Shown here: in pieces, positions 1 through 12,400 of the stretch
How positions within the stretch are numbered: position 1 is the first letter of the stretch
How the letters are laid out: every line of letters begins with the position of its first letter
Source of the DNA: Leucoraja ocellata
Taxonomy: Eukaryota
Assembly (NCBI GenBank): GCA_036785375.1
Contig: JAWMAR010000574.1
Location: forward strand, 496,001 to 560,000
Direction of reading: 5' to 3'
Length of the DNA: 64,000 nt
Translations under genes and position numbers: made by a program
The notes under the pieces: generated by a model
Told to the model about the DNA's origin: nothing
The model's input: only the letters and a program-made list of their open reading frames with translations
Databases searched by the model: none

Positions 1-760
1 CTTCGAAGAGGCATCCTCGTTTCTATCCTTAGGTAGCTTACCTTCGTACCTCATCTTTTCTCCCCGTATTGCCTTTTTAGTTATCTTTTGTTGCTCTGTA
101 AAAGTTTTCCAATCCTCTGGCTTCCCGCTCATCTTTGCTATGTTATACTACTTCTCTTTTATTTTTATAGTCATTGACTTCCCTTGTCAACCACGGTCGC
201 CCCTTACTCCCCTTAAAATCTTTCTTCCTCTTTGGAATGAACTGATCCTGAACCATTATTCCCAGAAATACCTTCCATTGTTGTTCCACTGTCATCCCTG
301 CTAGGGTCTCTTTCCAGTTAACTTTGACCAGCTCCTCCCTCATGCCTCCATAGTCCCCTTTGTTCAACTGAATTACTGACACCTCCGATTTTCCCTTCGC
401 CATCTCAAATTGTAGATTAAAACATCATATTATGGTCACCTCCTAATGGCTCCTTTACCACGAGTTCCCTTATCAAATCCAGTTCATTACACAACACTAA
501 ATCCAGAATTGACTTCTCCTTGGTAGGCTCCAGTACAAGCTGCTCTAAGAATCCATCTCAGAGGCACTCCACAAACTCCCTTTCTTGGGGTCCAGTACCA
601 ACCTGATTTTCCCAGTCTACCTACATGTTGAAATCTCCCATAACAACCGTAGCATTACCTTTGTCACATGCTAATTTAACTTGCAACCTATATCCAGGCT
701 ACTTTTTTCCGGGCCTGCAGATAACTCCAATTAGGGTCTTTTTATCCTTACAATTCCTCA
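1..760 (-). mobile_element. CR1-clade LINE fragment (ORF2 endonuclease/linker), degenerate
   Basis: Minus-strand frames give VVMGDFNM, GFLEQLVLEPT, ILDLVLCNE and ORF 143-403 (MREELVKVNW...QDQFIPKRKK...PWLTREV), typical of CR1 ORF2; stops and frameshifts present. Confidence 0.85.
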
Positions 761-1139
761 GAAGGCCCAGCACCAGTAGGAACAGCCTTTGCAAAGCAAT
801 CAATACTTGTGAAAGAACAATGGTCCCGGGATTTTATTTTTATTTTGCTTGAAAATTGGTATTGTAATGACTTTGTAACATCACTGAGGGATAAAGCAGA
901 TAGTGTATTGCTCAGTGTGATTGCTGGCAAATTATACTGGCTGAATGGAACAAAGTGCATATTATTCTGCTGCTGCTTGCATTTGAAATAAAGGGGACCA
1001 GGACTCTTTTGTCAATGAATAGCAGCTTCCTGGGCAGTGGTAATGACAATCTCTTTTCTAACCAGACCATATTTATCTCCAGAGGAGTCCAGTTTGCATT
1101 GTCAAAAGTGTGGAAAGTGAACTCGTCAGTTTACATGCA

Positions 1140-1255
1140 GAAACAAGGAGTTACAGATGCAGGTTTATACCAAAGATAGGCACAAAGTGCTGCGGTAACT
1201 CAGCGGGTCAAACAGCATCCCTGGAGAAAAAGGATGGGTCGCGACACTTCTGACT
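1140..1255 (-). mobile_element. Penelope-like terminal repeat (PLTR) fragment
   Basis: Matches the window-wide consensus aaggaactgcagatgctgg...agtaactcagcgggtcaggcagcatctctggag that abuts Penelope GIY-YIG remnants elsewhere. Confidence 0.7.
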
Positions 1256-1454
1256 CAGAATGTATAAATAAAACAAAATTCTTATGTCACATGTTGAATG
1301 TCGTAATTTGGAGAGTGATTTACTGAGGCTGCTTTACTTCAGATATATCACACACTGTGACACACATCAGTGTCTGCAATTTAATGATGAATGGGTTAAA
1401 ATAAAAATTCTAGAACGATTGCAAACTTAATAATTTTATGCTCTGAATTATTTA

Positions 1455-1672
1455 ATCAAGCCGTACACAGTGTACTGATACACGATAAAGGGAATAATGT
1501 TTAGTGCAGGGTAACGTCCAATATAGTCCAATTAAAGATAGTCCGATGGTCTTCAATGAGGTAGATAGAAGCTCAGGACCGCTCTCTAGTTGTTGGTTGG
1601 ATGGTTCAGTTGCCTGATAACACCTGGGAAGAAATTGTCTCTGAATCTGGAGGTGTGCATTTTCACACGTCA
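1455..1672 (-). mobile_element. Rex1/Babar LINE 3' fragment
   Basis: Minus strand encodes SRFRDNFFPGVIRQLN, resembling the ORF C-termini at 47920-47970 and 63680-63730, followed by 3'UTR. Confidence 0.65.
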
Positions 1673-1675
1673 GTA

Positions 1676-2065
1676 CCACATTCAATATGATCATGGCTGA
1701 TCATCCAACTCAGTATCCTGTACCTGCCTTCTCTCCATACCCCCTGATCCCTTTAGCCACAAGGGCCACATCTAACTCCCTCTTAAATATAGCCGATGAA
1801 CTGGCCTCAACTACCCTCTGTGGAAGAGAATTCCAGAGATTCACCACTCTCTGTGTGAAAAATGTTTTCCTCGTCTCGGCCCTAAAAGATTTCCCCCTTA
1901 TCCTTAAACTGTGACCCCTTGTTCTGGACTTCCCCAACATCGGGAACAATCTTCCTGCATCTAGCCTGTCCAACCCCTTAAGAATTTTGTAAGTTTCTAT
2001 GAGATCCCCCCTCAATCTTCTAAATTCGAGCGAGTACAAGCCGAGTCTATCCAGTCTTTCTTCAC
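1676..2065 (-). mobile_element. CR1 LINE 3' end
   Basis: ORF 1710-2162: LDRLGLYSLEFRRLRGDLIETYKILKG...TRGHSLRI...FFTQRVVNLWNSLP; near-identical to 61480-61865. Confidence 0.92.
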
Positions 2066-2203
2066 ATCTTGTATTTATGTCTGATTTGTATTCCACATAA
2101 AAATGCAGCCAAATTTCCCAAATGATTAATCCTAATTCTGGGCTAATTAAGTCAAAGCACAAGAGTGTATGGACCTTTTTGAAAATAAGACCACATCTGC
2201 ACT

Positions 2204-2358
2204 ATGTAGTGGCTAGAGTGGGGTGGGAGATTGTAACCTTCACGTGGTCCACCCTGTTTCGACTAATGCAATCAACCCGATGTGCACAAACAAATAGATC
2301 AAATAGAACAAGTTGACCTCCCACTTTAGGCTGTGCACACCATACGCAAGAAGAAGAA
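2204..2358 (+). mobile_element. 3' end of an unclassified non-LTR retroposon with (AAG)n tail
   Basis: Ends in gcaagaagaagaa, a tail type seen in RTE-like elements; no ORF. Confidence 0.35.
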
Positions 2359-2732
2359 AGTTGCTGGACTGGAGGGCGGCAGCTTCGGCAGCTTCGCCCA
2401 CCCCGGGCCACGGAGCTTGAACCGGCTCGTTCGCGGAGCACGGTTGAGCCGCGGGACTGACTTACCATCACCCGGCGGGGTCACAACAACGGAAGTCTGG
2501 ATCGCCTCAGCGCAGAGGGAGAACAAGGAGGGAAGAGGCAGAGACTTTAAGACTTTTGCCTTCCATCACAGTGAGGAGGTGCCTGGTGAACTCACCGTGG
2601 TGGATGTTAATTTGTGTTTATTGTGTGTTTTTGTTATTTATTATTACATGTATAACTGCAGGCACAAAATTTCGTTCAGACCGAAAGATCTGAATGACAA
2701 TAAAGGAAATTCAATTCAATTCAATTCAATTC
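2359..2732 (+). mobile_element. GC-rich non-autonomous retroposon with Rex1-type 3' end, 5'-truncated
   Basis: Homologous to 23689-23930 (minus); ends tttcgTTCAGACCGAAAGATCTGAAtgacaataaa plus (AATTC)n. Confidence 0.75.
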
Positions 2733-2735
2733 ACA

Positions 2736-3290
2736 TTTAAACTGGAGCAACGGCACCTCGTATTTCACATAGAGTATGAACATTGAATTCTCCAATTTTA
2801 GGTAACCTTTAACAACCCACCCCCCCTACTTCCTCTTTCTCCCACACATTTCTTTTTTATCCTACCACCTCCACCCTTCTATGTGCCCGCCTGGACTTAC
2901 ACATGTTTCTCTCCTGACACTCCTCACCCATTCCTTCCTCTGTCTTCACAATTCCCAACTCTTCATTCAGTCTGTCTCACACCTACTGCTCTAACCTCCG
3001 GCCTGTTTCTGCCAATCAATACCCCTGTATCCACATATTACCTGCCATCCACATATTACCTGCCATGATTTTTCCTGCATCTCTTCTCTTCCAGCATTCT
3101 TTGCCGCCACCACAAACAGTCTGCAGAAGGGCCCCAATCTGAAACGTCACCTATCCATGTTCTTCAGAGATACAGCTTGACCCGAAGATAGGCACAAAAT
3201 CCTGGAGTAACTCAGCGGATCAGGCAGCATCTCTGGCGAAAAGGAAAAGTTGACGTTTTGGGTTGAATCCTTCTTCAGGCTCTGCAGTCT
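2736..3290 (+). mobile_element. Penelope-like 3' end with PLTR, followed by an inverted PLTR piece
   Basis: KLEQRHLVF...MNIEFSNFR* remnant, pyrimidine-rich spacer, degenerate hammerhead motif at 3121-3150, opposite-orientation PLTR at about 3184-3280. Confidence 0.75.
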
Positions 3291-4065
3291 GAATTTTCAA
3301 ATCACTACCCAAAAATCCACAATACAGGGAAAAGTGCACTATTGTGGAATTTACGTGAGAAGTTAAATAAATAAGCAAAATATAAACAAAACAAAAAAAA
3401 TCTTGCTTACTTTTATAAGTATGAAGAATCTGAAGAAGGATTCCGCCCCCAAAACTTCACCTATCCAGGTTCTCCAATGATGCTGCCTGACCTGCTGAGT
3501 TATTCCAGCATTTTGTGTCCTTATGTGTACTTTTATTTTTTCTAACTCAAATGTTTAACGCATAGCAGATAATGTGGCTTTTTAAATGCAGCAGGTTAAT
3601 TTTGCTGGCTGGCATTTTTTTTCCCCCAGATGTTTTCCACATTATTTATCCTCAAGATGCCTGATACAGGGCCAGCAAGCTTAAGTGTAAATTGTAAATC
3701 AATTTACTAGCTAAAGTCCGGTAGGTGATAAGTAAGGAAGATGATATGCAGATCCAGTGACTTGTGAATTCCTTGTCTATTTATCACCGTTTGTTAGCTT
3801 TTTGCACCTGATTACAGCATCTGCAGTCGCTGGTGTCTCCAAACACATTTACTCGCTGCAGAGATTTGCTTCGGAAAATGACAAGGCAATCTCTTAAGTG
3901 CCAACCACCTCCCCCCGTGTGAACCAGCAGCTGTGCCACCATTATCATTACTGTCAAGAGAAAAACATCCACAGGGAACGCAACTCCAAATATAACATGG
4001 GACTGAATGAGAAATAAGATTTTATGCAGAATGTTTACTATAAATGCAACTCCATCTGGTGAGTG

Positions 4066-4401
4066 CCTGGAACGCGCTTGCCAGGTGTGGTGGTAGATAC
4101 CATAGTGGCATTTAAAAGGCATTTGGATAACCACATGGATAGGCAGGGAATGGAGGGGTATAGATCATGTGCAGGCCGCAGAGATTGATTTATCTTGGCA
4201 TCATGTTCAGCAGATACATTGTGGGATGAAGGGCCTATTCCTGTGTTGTACTGTTCTACGTGAAGGAAGGAACTGCAGATGCTGGTTTACACTGAAGATG
4301 GACACAAAATGCTAGAGTAACTAGGCAGGCCAGGCAGCATCTCTGGAGAAAAGGAGTAGGTGATGCTTCGAGTCAAAGGGTTTGTACTGTTCTATGTTCT
4401 A
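4066..4401 (+). mobile_element. Old CR1 3' end interrupted by PLTR insertion 4259-4381
   Basis: gcctggaacgcg...gggcctattcctgtgttgtactgttcta; 13-bp TSD ttgtactgttcta at 4246-4258 and 4382-4394. Confidence 0.75.
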
Positions 4402-4954
4402 AGTCCCATTATGCGGGTATAGCCTGTACATATTAACTGGCTATTGGCACCTAATTATCTGACGCAGCCTAGGAGATGCAAACTAAAATAAGAAATACTA
4501 AAAATGCACAGCAAGTTCATCAGCAGCTGCACGACCAACATCATTGTTGTTGAGAGAAAAGCATCGCGTACGAACACATCGTCGCTTATAACATAACTTC
4601 CTTTGGGAAATAATGTCTTGTGTTACACAAAATCAGCATCTGTAAAGGTAAACATCAGATCATGCCAATTCACTTTTAGCAAGTAAGGGAACAGAGAAAT
4701 CATCGTAGAAGATATTGGATACCCCAGACTCCATGGTGGTGGACCAAGTGTGGTTAGGCCCTTGTAACGTACTGGAGCAGGCCTTAATGTGTAACTCCTA
4801 CTCAACTTGGCCTCAACCCTTGAGCTAAGATTCAATCATGCAGTGCATAAAAACATTGTGCTACACAAAAGAAACCTCCAGTTCATGAAATCTTTTCTCA
4901 AATTGAACTATTATAGTCACGGTAGAAAATAACTAACTAACTTAGTTAAATGGA

Positions 4955-5365
4955 GGTGGGTGGCACAGCAGTAGGGACCCAGGTTCAATGCTGACTATGG
5001 GTTCTGTCGGTACAGAGTTTGTACGTTCTCCCATGAATGCAAGGGTTTCCCCCGGGTCACACACACTCCAAAGACGTACAGGTTTTTAGATTGTGTAAGA
5101 AAGAACTGCAGATGCTGGTAAAATCAAAGGTAGACACAAAAAGGGTCTCGACCCAAAACATCTCCCATTCCTTCTCTCCATAGATGCTGCCTCACCCGTT
5201 GAGTCACTCCGGCATTTTGTGTCTACCCAGGTTTTTAGATTAATTGGCTTATGTAAAATTGTAAATTGACCTAGTGCGTAGGATAGTGCTAGTGCGCGGG
5301 GTGATCATGTGTCGGCACGAACTCGGTGGGTCGAAGAATCTGTTTCCACACTGTATCTCTAAATT
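4955..5365 (+). mobile_element. HE1-type tRNA-derived SINE interrupted by PLTR insertion 5093-5227
   Basis: A box tggcacagcag, B box ggttcaatgc, core and CR1-like tail; 14-bp TSD caggtttttagatt at 5079-5092 and 5228-5241. Confidence 0.85.
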
Positions 5366-5468
5366 CTATACGTCTGGATACATCATTTTGTGTCGGAGTC
5401 GTTGTGGTATCGCATGCACTGTCGTAGAGAAAAAATGGATAAATATTTGAAAATTTGTAGGAAATTGA

Positions 5469-5696
5469 AGAAACATAGAACATAGGTGCAGGAGTAGGCC
5501 ATTCGGCACTTTGAGCCAACAATGCCATTCAATACGATCATGGCTGATCATCTAAAATCTGTACCCCGTTCCTGCTTTTCCCCCCATGTCCCTTGTTTCC
5601 GTTAGCCCTAAGAGCTAAATCAAACTCTCTCTTGAAAATGTCCAGTGAATTGGCCTCCACTGCCTTCTGTGGCAGAGAATTCCACAGATTCACAAC
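5469..5696 (-). mobile_element. CR1 LINE 3' end
   Basis: (AGAAACAT) tail complement and gaattccacagattcacaac (VVNLWNS). Confidence 0.85.
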
Positions 5697-6293
5697 AGAG
5701 TGTGTTGGAATTAATTGGATAATCCTTCTAAAGAGATAGTACTGGCTTGGTGTCCCAAATTATCTACTTTTAAAACTCTTCATTCAATGATTCTAAATTT
5801 CCACATGATCGAACGCATTAGCTGCTGCAGTGAAAAGAGACATCCCTGGCAAAGATAGTCAAAACACCTTGTGAAAATGTGGCAATGGAAGTCCTCCTTC
5901 CTTTTCTGTTGCCATGGAAACACCATCACCAAAGCGAGAACTGGTCATTTAGAACGATAAAGATATAATGGTCTTTGAGTGAGAAAAAGGGATAAAGTGT
6001 TCCTGTAATTATCAACGGTAAGCCACAATTACTAAGGGTAAAAGCTCTTAGGAGGTCGACATGATTCATCAAGTGCTGTACCTGCAAATTACTACCATGG
6101 CATATAGCCCTTAATCGAGTCAACGCAGAGGCTATTGCAAGGTTTTTCTTTAGGTTTTTGAAATTAGGTTGATGCATGTAAAACAATGGCCATCAAATCG
6201 GAAGCTGTTTGAAAATGAGTAATTAACTCACCGATAGCCTAAACGACGATAGTTCACTCAGTTTATTCAGAACATTTCAGCTACTAATGGGTA

Positions 6294-7013
6294 GTTTACA
6301 CGGGGCGACTTGACGCAAGATGTAGCCAGAGTGGAGTGGTCGTGGTCTAGCACGATATCACACGATATAACGGGGGTAGAGTAAAGAGTTCCCACGGTAC
6401 TCGGCAATTCTGTCATTTGTGCGAGTGACTTGTCCGTCTCCCGATCTTTCCCGAATGAACATCGTGGACTGTAGTGTAGTTAATCACGTGGCACAAATGA
6501 TGTTACTTTGTTGTCACACACTCTATTCGTTTTTTTCACCCGAGCTCTTTAATGAGCTGAAGAATAATCTGTTTTTTTAGACAAATGTTGTTTGGTGTGA
6601 TGCACCTTCTCTCAATATGTGCAAGAAGTCGTCTTTTTATTTTGTCAAATATGAATAAAGACTGTATCTCACATTGACCGTGATTATTGTGTTATTTTAT
6701 GATCTACTGAGAGGTGAAACTTTCAGTCTGAAGAAACTTTCAGCCCGAAACGCCACCCGTTCCTTCTCTCCAGAGATGCTGCCTGTCCCGCTGAGTTGCT
6801 CCAAGCAACTGGTGTCTATCTTCAAAGGACTGACCAGGACTGCCTCTCTCTCTCTCTCTCTCTCTCTCCCCCTCCCTCTCTCTCACACAGGCATGAATGG
6901 AGGAACTCCGCGGGCCAGGCAGCATTTACGTTCCTTCTCTCCAGAGATGCTGCCTGTCCCGCTGAGTTGCTCCAAGCAACTGGTGTCTATCTTCAAAGGA
7001 CTGACCAGGACTG

Positions 7014-7055
<42 letters not shown>

Positions 7056-8312
7056 TTTCTCTCTCACACAGGCATGAATGGATGAACTCCGCGGGACAGG
7101 CAGCATCTACGGAGAGAAATGAACAGCGACCCATTCTTCAGGCTGCCTTATGTCTCCCCCCCCCCCCCCCCCTCACCCCAACTCCCACCCACACACGCGA
7201 ATGCTGGAGAAACTCAGCGGAACGTTGTCTATTTCCTTCGTTCCATAGATGCTGCTGCACCCGCTGAGTTTCTCCAGCATTCGCGTGTGTGGGTGGGAGT
7301 TGGGGTGAGGGGGGGGGGGGGGGGGGGGGGAGAGAGACATAAGGCAGCCTGAAGAATGGGTCGCTGTCCATTTCTCTCCATAGATGCTGTCTGGCCCGCG
7401 GAGTTCCTCCAGTCATGCCTGTGTGAGAGGGAGGGAGGGAGAGAGAGAGAGAGAGAGAGGCAGTCCTGGTCAGTCCTTTGAAGATAGACACCAGTTGCTT
7501 GGAGCAACTCAGCGGGACAGGCAGCATCTCTGGAGAGAAGGAACGGGTGGCGTTTCGGGTCGAGAGCCTTCTTCACACTCTCCCTCCCTCACTCTCACAC
7601 AGGCATGAATGGAGGAACTCCGCGGGCCAGGCAGCATTTACGTTCCTTCTCTCCAGAGATGCTGCCTGTCCCGCTGAGTTGCTCCAAGCAACTGGTGTCT
7701 ATCTTCAAACGCCTGACCAGGACTGCCTCGCTCTCTCTCTCTCTCTCTCTCTCTCCCTCCCTCTCTCTCCGTAAATGCTGTCTGGCCCGCGGAGTTCATC
7801 CATTCACGCCTGTGTGAGAGGGAGGGAGAGAGAGAGAGAGACGCACACACAAGGTGGATGCGAAATCTTACCTGCCTGTTTCAGTGACAGACACCCACCG
7901 CCAGTAAATGAAGACACCCCCATCTTTCAGACAAAAAGAGACACACTGACATTAATGAAATGCTTAGCTAGTTTTATTAGATTTGTATGTAAATAGCAAA
8001 CTGGCTGGATTCACTCTATCCAACTTCCGGGTTCACCGTTGGCAGGAGTTCCCACGGTGACCGCAAGAGTTACTACCGATATCGCACGGGACACTTCGTT
8101 CATAAAATGTTGCAATGCTCAACCACAAGTGCACAAGTCACTCTTGGACAAATTCAAACATGTTTGAATTTTCTCCCGAGTACCCAAGGTACACGATTAC
8201 ATGCCGTTAGCGCCACGGTGGTCCACGAATGCCGTATTGTTATCGCACGAGGTTCCCACGATGTCAAACTCTGGTTACCTCTTGCGTCAAGTCGCACCGT
8301 GAAAAGGGGGTT
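6294..8312. mobile_element. Non-autonomous DNA transposon (PIF/Harbinger-like), about 2 kb
   Basis: Inverted terminal sequences cacggggcgacttgacgcaagatgtagccagagt (6299-6332) and actctggttacctcttgcgtcaagtcgcaccgtg (8268-8301); superfamily inferred. Confidence 0.65.
6724..7850. repeat. Direct and inverted array of PLTR pieces and (CT)n tracts
   Basis: About 170-bp unit at 6758, 6929, 7641 (+) and 7385-7545 (-); large inverted repeat 6929-7220 versus 7262-7545. Confidence 0.9.
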
Positions 8313-8554
8313 TAACTGAGTTAATCTCAGTTGATGTGACTCACTTAACTGAACTACGAATATTCCTCTTTGGATACCCAGTACATTCTCATACATCCAC
8401 TTTATTAAATTAGTATTCCGATTTCTGTCGGGCAAAAGTAAGATCAGCCTTCCTGTATGTGACCCCACAGAAAGCAACTGGCCTGGACAGAGGCCCTGAC
8501 TATGTCCTTAGGACCTGTGTGGACCAACGAGCAGGAGAATTCATGACATATTTA

Positions 8555-8740
8555 ACCTCTCACTACTCCATTTTGAGGTGAGCTTCCACCTGTTTCAAAA
8601 AGATCACTATCATCCCAATGCCAAAGAAAGACAAGATCTCATTCCTTAAAGACTGCCATCCAGTGGCATTGACATCTACCATTAATGAAGTGTTTCCAGA
8701 GGCTGGTTATGGCACACATTAACTCCAGCCGACCAAGCTG
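8555..8740 (+). mobile_element. Rex1/Babar RT fragment, old
   Basis: FNLSLL..., PTCFKKITIIPMPKK...DCHPVALTSTI/MKCFQRLVMAHINS. Confidence 0.75.
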
Positions 8741-8811
8741 CCAAATGGTCATGGAAACTCAGTCATTCTGTTCATTTGAAACAGCATATAAAATGAAGTT
8801 AATATGTAATA

Positions 8812-9110
8812 AAAAGGAAATGCAGATATTGGTTTATACCAAAGATTAATACAAAATGCGGGAGTACCTCAGTGGGTCAGGCAGCAACTGGAGAAAATAA
8901 ATCAGTGACATTTCAGGCCAGGACATTTATTCAAGCTGATTGTAGGTTGACCAGTTCCACAGTTCACAATCATGTCTCCTTCTTGGGATCACACCAGCCC
9001 TAACCAACAATTGGCCTATCAGGGAACCACCCTGCCTGATGTTACCTGTTGCCGGCCCTGATTTGTCCTGGTCTCTTCTTGCTTCAGACCCCACCCACCC
9101 CCCCCCCCCC
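8812..9110. mobile_element. PLTR composite (two opposite-orientation pieces)
   Basis: PLTR consensus 8812-8925, then PLTR upstream body cctgatttgtcctggtctcttc also seen inverted at 9590-9625. Confidence 0.55.
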
Positions 9111-9459
9111 CCCCCCCCAATCCTCACCCCTCCCCCTCTCCGCACAATAAAATGAAGCGGCTGTATTTGGTCTGTAGTGATGCCAAGAAAGAGGTTTCAT
9201 TTTAGGGAGCAAGCTTGATAGAATGTGCAAAATACTGATACCAGCTGAAGGCTCCATTTGTTGGAGTGGGGGTGACTTGTCTAGTGTTGAGTGAACTCAG
9301 TGAAAACATGCTTTTTGAAGCTTTCCATTAAATTACAAGTACCAAGATCGTTTTTGAAATGTACACACTTACATCTACCCTTGAAAAGGGCCACCTATAA
9401 AAACAATTTATTCACCCTTCATGTACTTGAATGGCCCCACTAGACTTTGTTTCTACTGA

Positions 9460-9648
9460 CGATAGATACAAAATTTTGGAGTAACTCAGTAGGTCAGGCA
9501 GCAACTCTGGAGAAAAAGAATAGGTGACGTCTCTGGTTGGACTCCTTCTTCAGGCTGAAAGTAGAGGTGGGGGAGGGAGAATGAACTGGAAGCGAGAAAA
9601 GGCAAGAACAAATCAGGGCTGTCAGCAGTTGACCTCAGGTAGGGTGGT
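9460..9648 (-). mobile_element. PLTR fragment
   Basis: gagtaactcagtaggtcaggcagc...ccttcttcaggctg. Confidence 0.7.
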
Positions 9649-10186
9649 TTTAGCTTCTGATTTTCCTCAATTCTTTAGGGGTCTGTTGCTCCCCTGATTG
9701 TCGTGCTACACTTTGTCATTCTTTAAAGTCGGGCCGTCAGTGTCAGGATGGAAATAAGATCATGGTGAAAATACCCTCAATGCTCAACATCAGAGGCATA
9801 TCTGGCTATAGGGACTGTACCCTGAAGTGTTACAAGTGCATAAATATTTATGCCTCCTAAACTGTGTCTGTCGCTGCTGATTTCTCATCATTGCCATTCG
9901 ATTATTATAATTATATTTTTTGCTAAATGGTTTGCAAAATTAAAAAAAAATTATTTCACTTTAATCATAGCAACCATTATGATTATGTCAAGGAAAATCA
10001 CCCTGCCTCTCTCTTATATGGAACCATGCCAAGATGGAGTTAATTTATAATTCTCTGATTTACACCAAGGTTAACATAACCTCTGATGGAGAGACTTTTT
10101 GCTGTAGCACAAGAAGTCAAGTTTCTAATTGCATTCACCAAAACCAATAAAATACCACTAGTATTTGAAATATTTGAAATTGAAAT

Positions 10187-10792
10187 AATGACACAAAGTG
10201 TTACTCAGCAGGTCAGACAGCATCTCCAGAGAACATGAATAGGAGGTGTTTCGGGGTTTGGGATCCTTCTTTAGGCTGATTGTGGTGGGGCGGGCAGGGA
10301 AGAAAGCTAGAAGAGAGGAGGGGTAGGACAAAATCTAACAAGTGATAGGTGGATGCAGGTGATGGGGGGTTTGACAGGCTAATGGTTGGGCAAAGGCCAC
10401 AGGTGTGAGACAAAAGGATTAAAGAGTTGTGAAGCCAGAGGAAGGAATATATGTGCAAGGGGAGGGTATAAATAGGTGCAAGTATTCAGGTTGGTCACGG
10501 GGGAAGGGGGGTGGGGTGGGTGATAAAAGTGAGGAAGAAGAAAGCGGGAATTGGGTCAGTTAACTAAAATTTGAGATTTCAATGCTCATACAGCTGGGCT
10601 GTAAGCTACCCAAGTGGAATATGAGGTGCTGTTCCTCATGTTTGCATGTGGCCTTACTCAGGCAATGGAGGAGGCCCAGGACAGAAAGGTCAGTGTGGGA
10701 ATTGGATGAGGAGACACAGTCCGCCTTGGAGTACCGAGTGTAAGTGTTCGCTGAGTCTACGTTTGGTCTTGCCGATGTGTAGGAGTACATGT
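10187..10792 (-). mobile_element. Penelope-like element 3' part (GIY-YIG remnant plus PLTR)
   Basis: Minus strand LLHIGKTKRRLSEHLHSV and HTDLSVLGLLHC...EEQHLIFHLGSLQP..MSIEISNFS*. Confidence 0.85.
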
Positions 10793-10811
10793 TTACCACT
10801 GGGGAAGAGTC

Positions 10812-11045
10812 AAATTGACATGCATTCCTCTTCACCCTTGCTGATGAGGTCTGTGATGGTGGTGTTGTACTCATTTATGTTGGCAGCTGAGGCCTGAAAT
10901 ATGGACCAGCCCACTGACTCAAAGCAGTCGCATAGGTGTTCCCCTGTTTCTCCAGACCAGCACAGCACATCTTTAGGTATCAGATCCTCACGTTTCACTT
11001 TCTGCTTGTAAGTACAGAGTAGGAGCTTAGCCTGATGCTCAGATT
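10812..11045 (-). mobile_element. Rex1/Babar ORF fragment
   Basis: ORF 10810-10998: CDCFESVGWSIFQ...NINEYNTTITDLISK. Confidence 0.7.
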
Positions 11046-11109
11046 TTCAATATCGCTGGCGGCGATGAAGCAGGTCTTTCCAATGGTTAACTCGCAGTTC
11101 TCAAAGGTA

Positions 11110-11264
11110 CAGAGATACTCTTAAAGATAGTGGAGTCAGGGGATATGGGGAGAAGGCAGGAACGGGGTACTGATTGTGGATGATCAGTCATGATCACAGT
11201 AAATGGGGGTGCTGGCTCGAAGGGCCGAATGGCCTTCTCCTGCACCTGTTGTCCATTGTCTATT
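11110..11264 (+). mobile_element. CR1 LINE 3' end
   Basis: ggatatggggagaaggcaggaacggggtactga (GYGEKAGTGY*) and 3'UTR stem ctcgaagggccgaatggcc. Confidence 0.85.
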
Positions 11265-11884
11265 AGTCCTCAGTTTCTCTCTATGCATTTAACCGGTATT
11301 CATGCCCTTCTCAAAACCACAACTTGTGAGCCCCTCAGCTTTCTGTCACCACCGTTTTTCTGGCCTGATATCCCTCTTGCCCGTAGGCGAGAAGCTCTCT
11401 CTCACTGTGCAATTACATGAGATCCAGTGAGGATGGGTGGAGGTCACACGTTCAGTGAAACATTCCCTCTACATGATAATCCCTTGGGTTCAAATTGGCC
11501 CCTGTCAAAACATCCATTAGTGAGCCTAACTTTTGAAATTTAATGAAGCCAACTTAAGTTTCAACTGCGCTTCAGTATTATCCTGTTTATAATGAAGTTT
11601 ATCCCTTTGATAAATTGAATGCGTTTCTCAGCAAACATGTTCCACCCTGGGAACCAGGCTTCACCATTGTTTAGTCTCTGTGTAACATACCCCAGCCAGC
11701 CACTCTATTCATTTGACTGTTGTTCTGTCATCCAAATACTTGAACTCCCAGAATATGGTCTACAATAGAGAGTGAAGTCAATGAGTCCAAACCTGACTAA
11801 AGTTATTGACAAAGTTTGGGAGCAGTAGGAACTCTAGCAATAAACAGTCAACTGACTCCCTCCTCAGCAAAATCTTCAACACGA

Positions 11885-12400
11885 TCTTCGACTGACAACT
11901 ACCACAAACTCACTGTCCCCGCATTATCTGGACGATACCTCCTCCTCTTGCAAAGATGCTACCCCCTATTCTCAATTTCTCCATCTTTGCCACACTTGCT
12001 GCCAGGATGGGGCTTTCTATTCTAGGGTATCTGAGATGTCTTCTTTCTTCAGAAAATGTGCTGGTTCCTCCCATCTATTGTTATAGATGGATCCCTCCGC
12101 ATCTTCTCTGTGACACATCGTTATGCTCTCATTCCCCCTCCCCGCCCCCCCCCCCGCCCCCCCCCCCCAAATGGAACAAGGATAAAGTGCCCTGGTCCTC
12201 ACTCTTCACCCCTCCAGCCTCTGCATCCAACACAACATTCTCCGACATTTCCATCATTTCCAACATGTTCCTACCATCAGTCACATCTTGCAATCCCCAT
12301 CTATTTCCACCTCCCACATCTGCAACCCCTTGTTTCACTCATCCCTTCCCACCAATACTGCCACCTCTCCTGAGAACATGCCCTCTCTAAAATGTACAAC
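11885..12400 (+). mobile_element. Penelope-like RT C-terminal/linker fragment, degenerate
   Basis: Across frameshifts STDNYHKL...CKDATPYSQFL...SEMSSFFR...NKDKVPLVLTLHP..IQHNILRHF, characteristic of vertebrate Penelope pol. Confidence 0.75.

Noticed and set aside
6674-7850. Repeated ORFs and a superficially CRISPR-like array
   Set aside because: Units are PLTR/(CT)n duplicates without unique spacers; eukaryotic context and no cas genes
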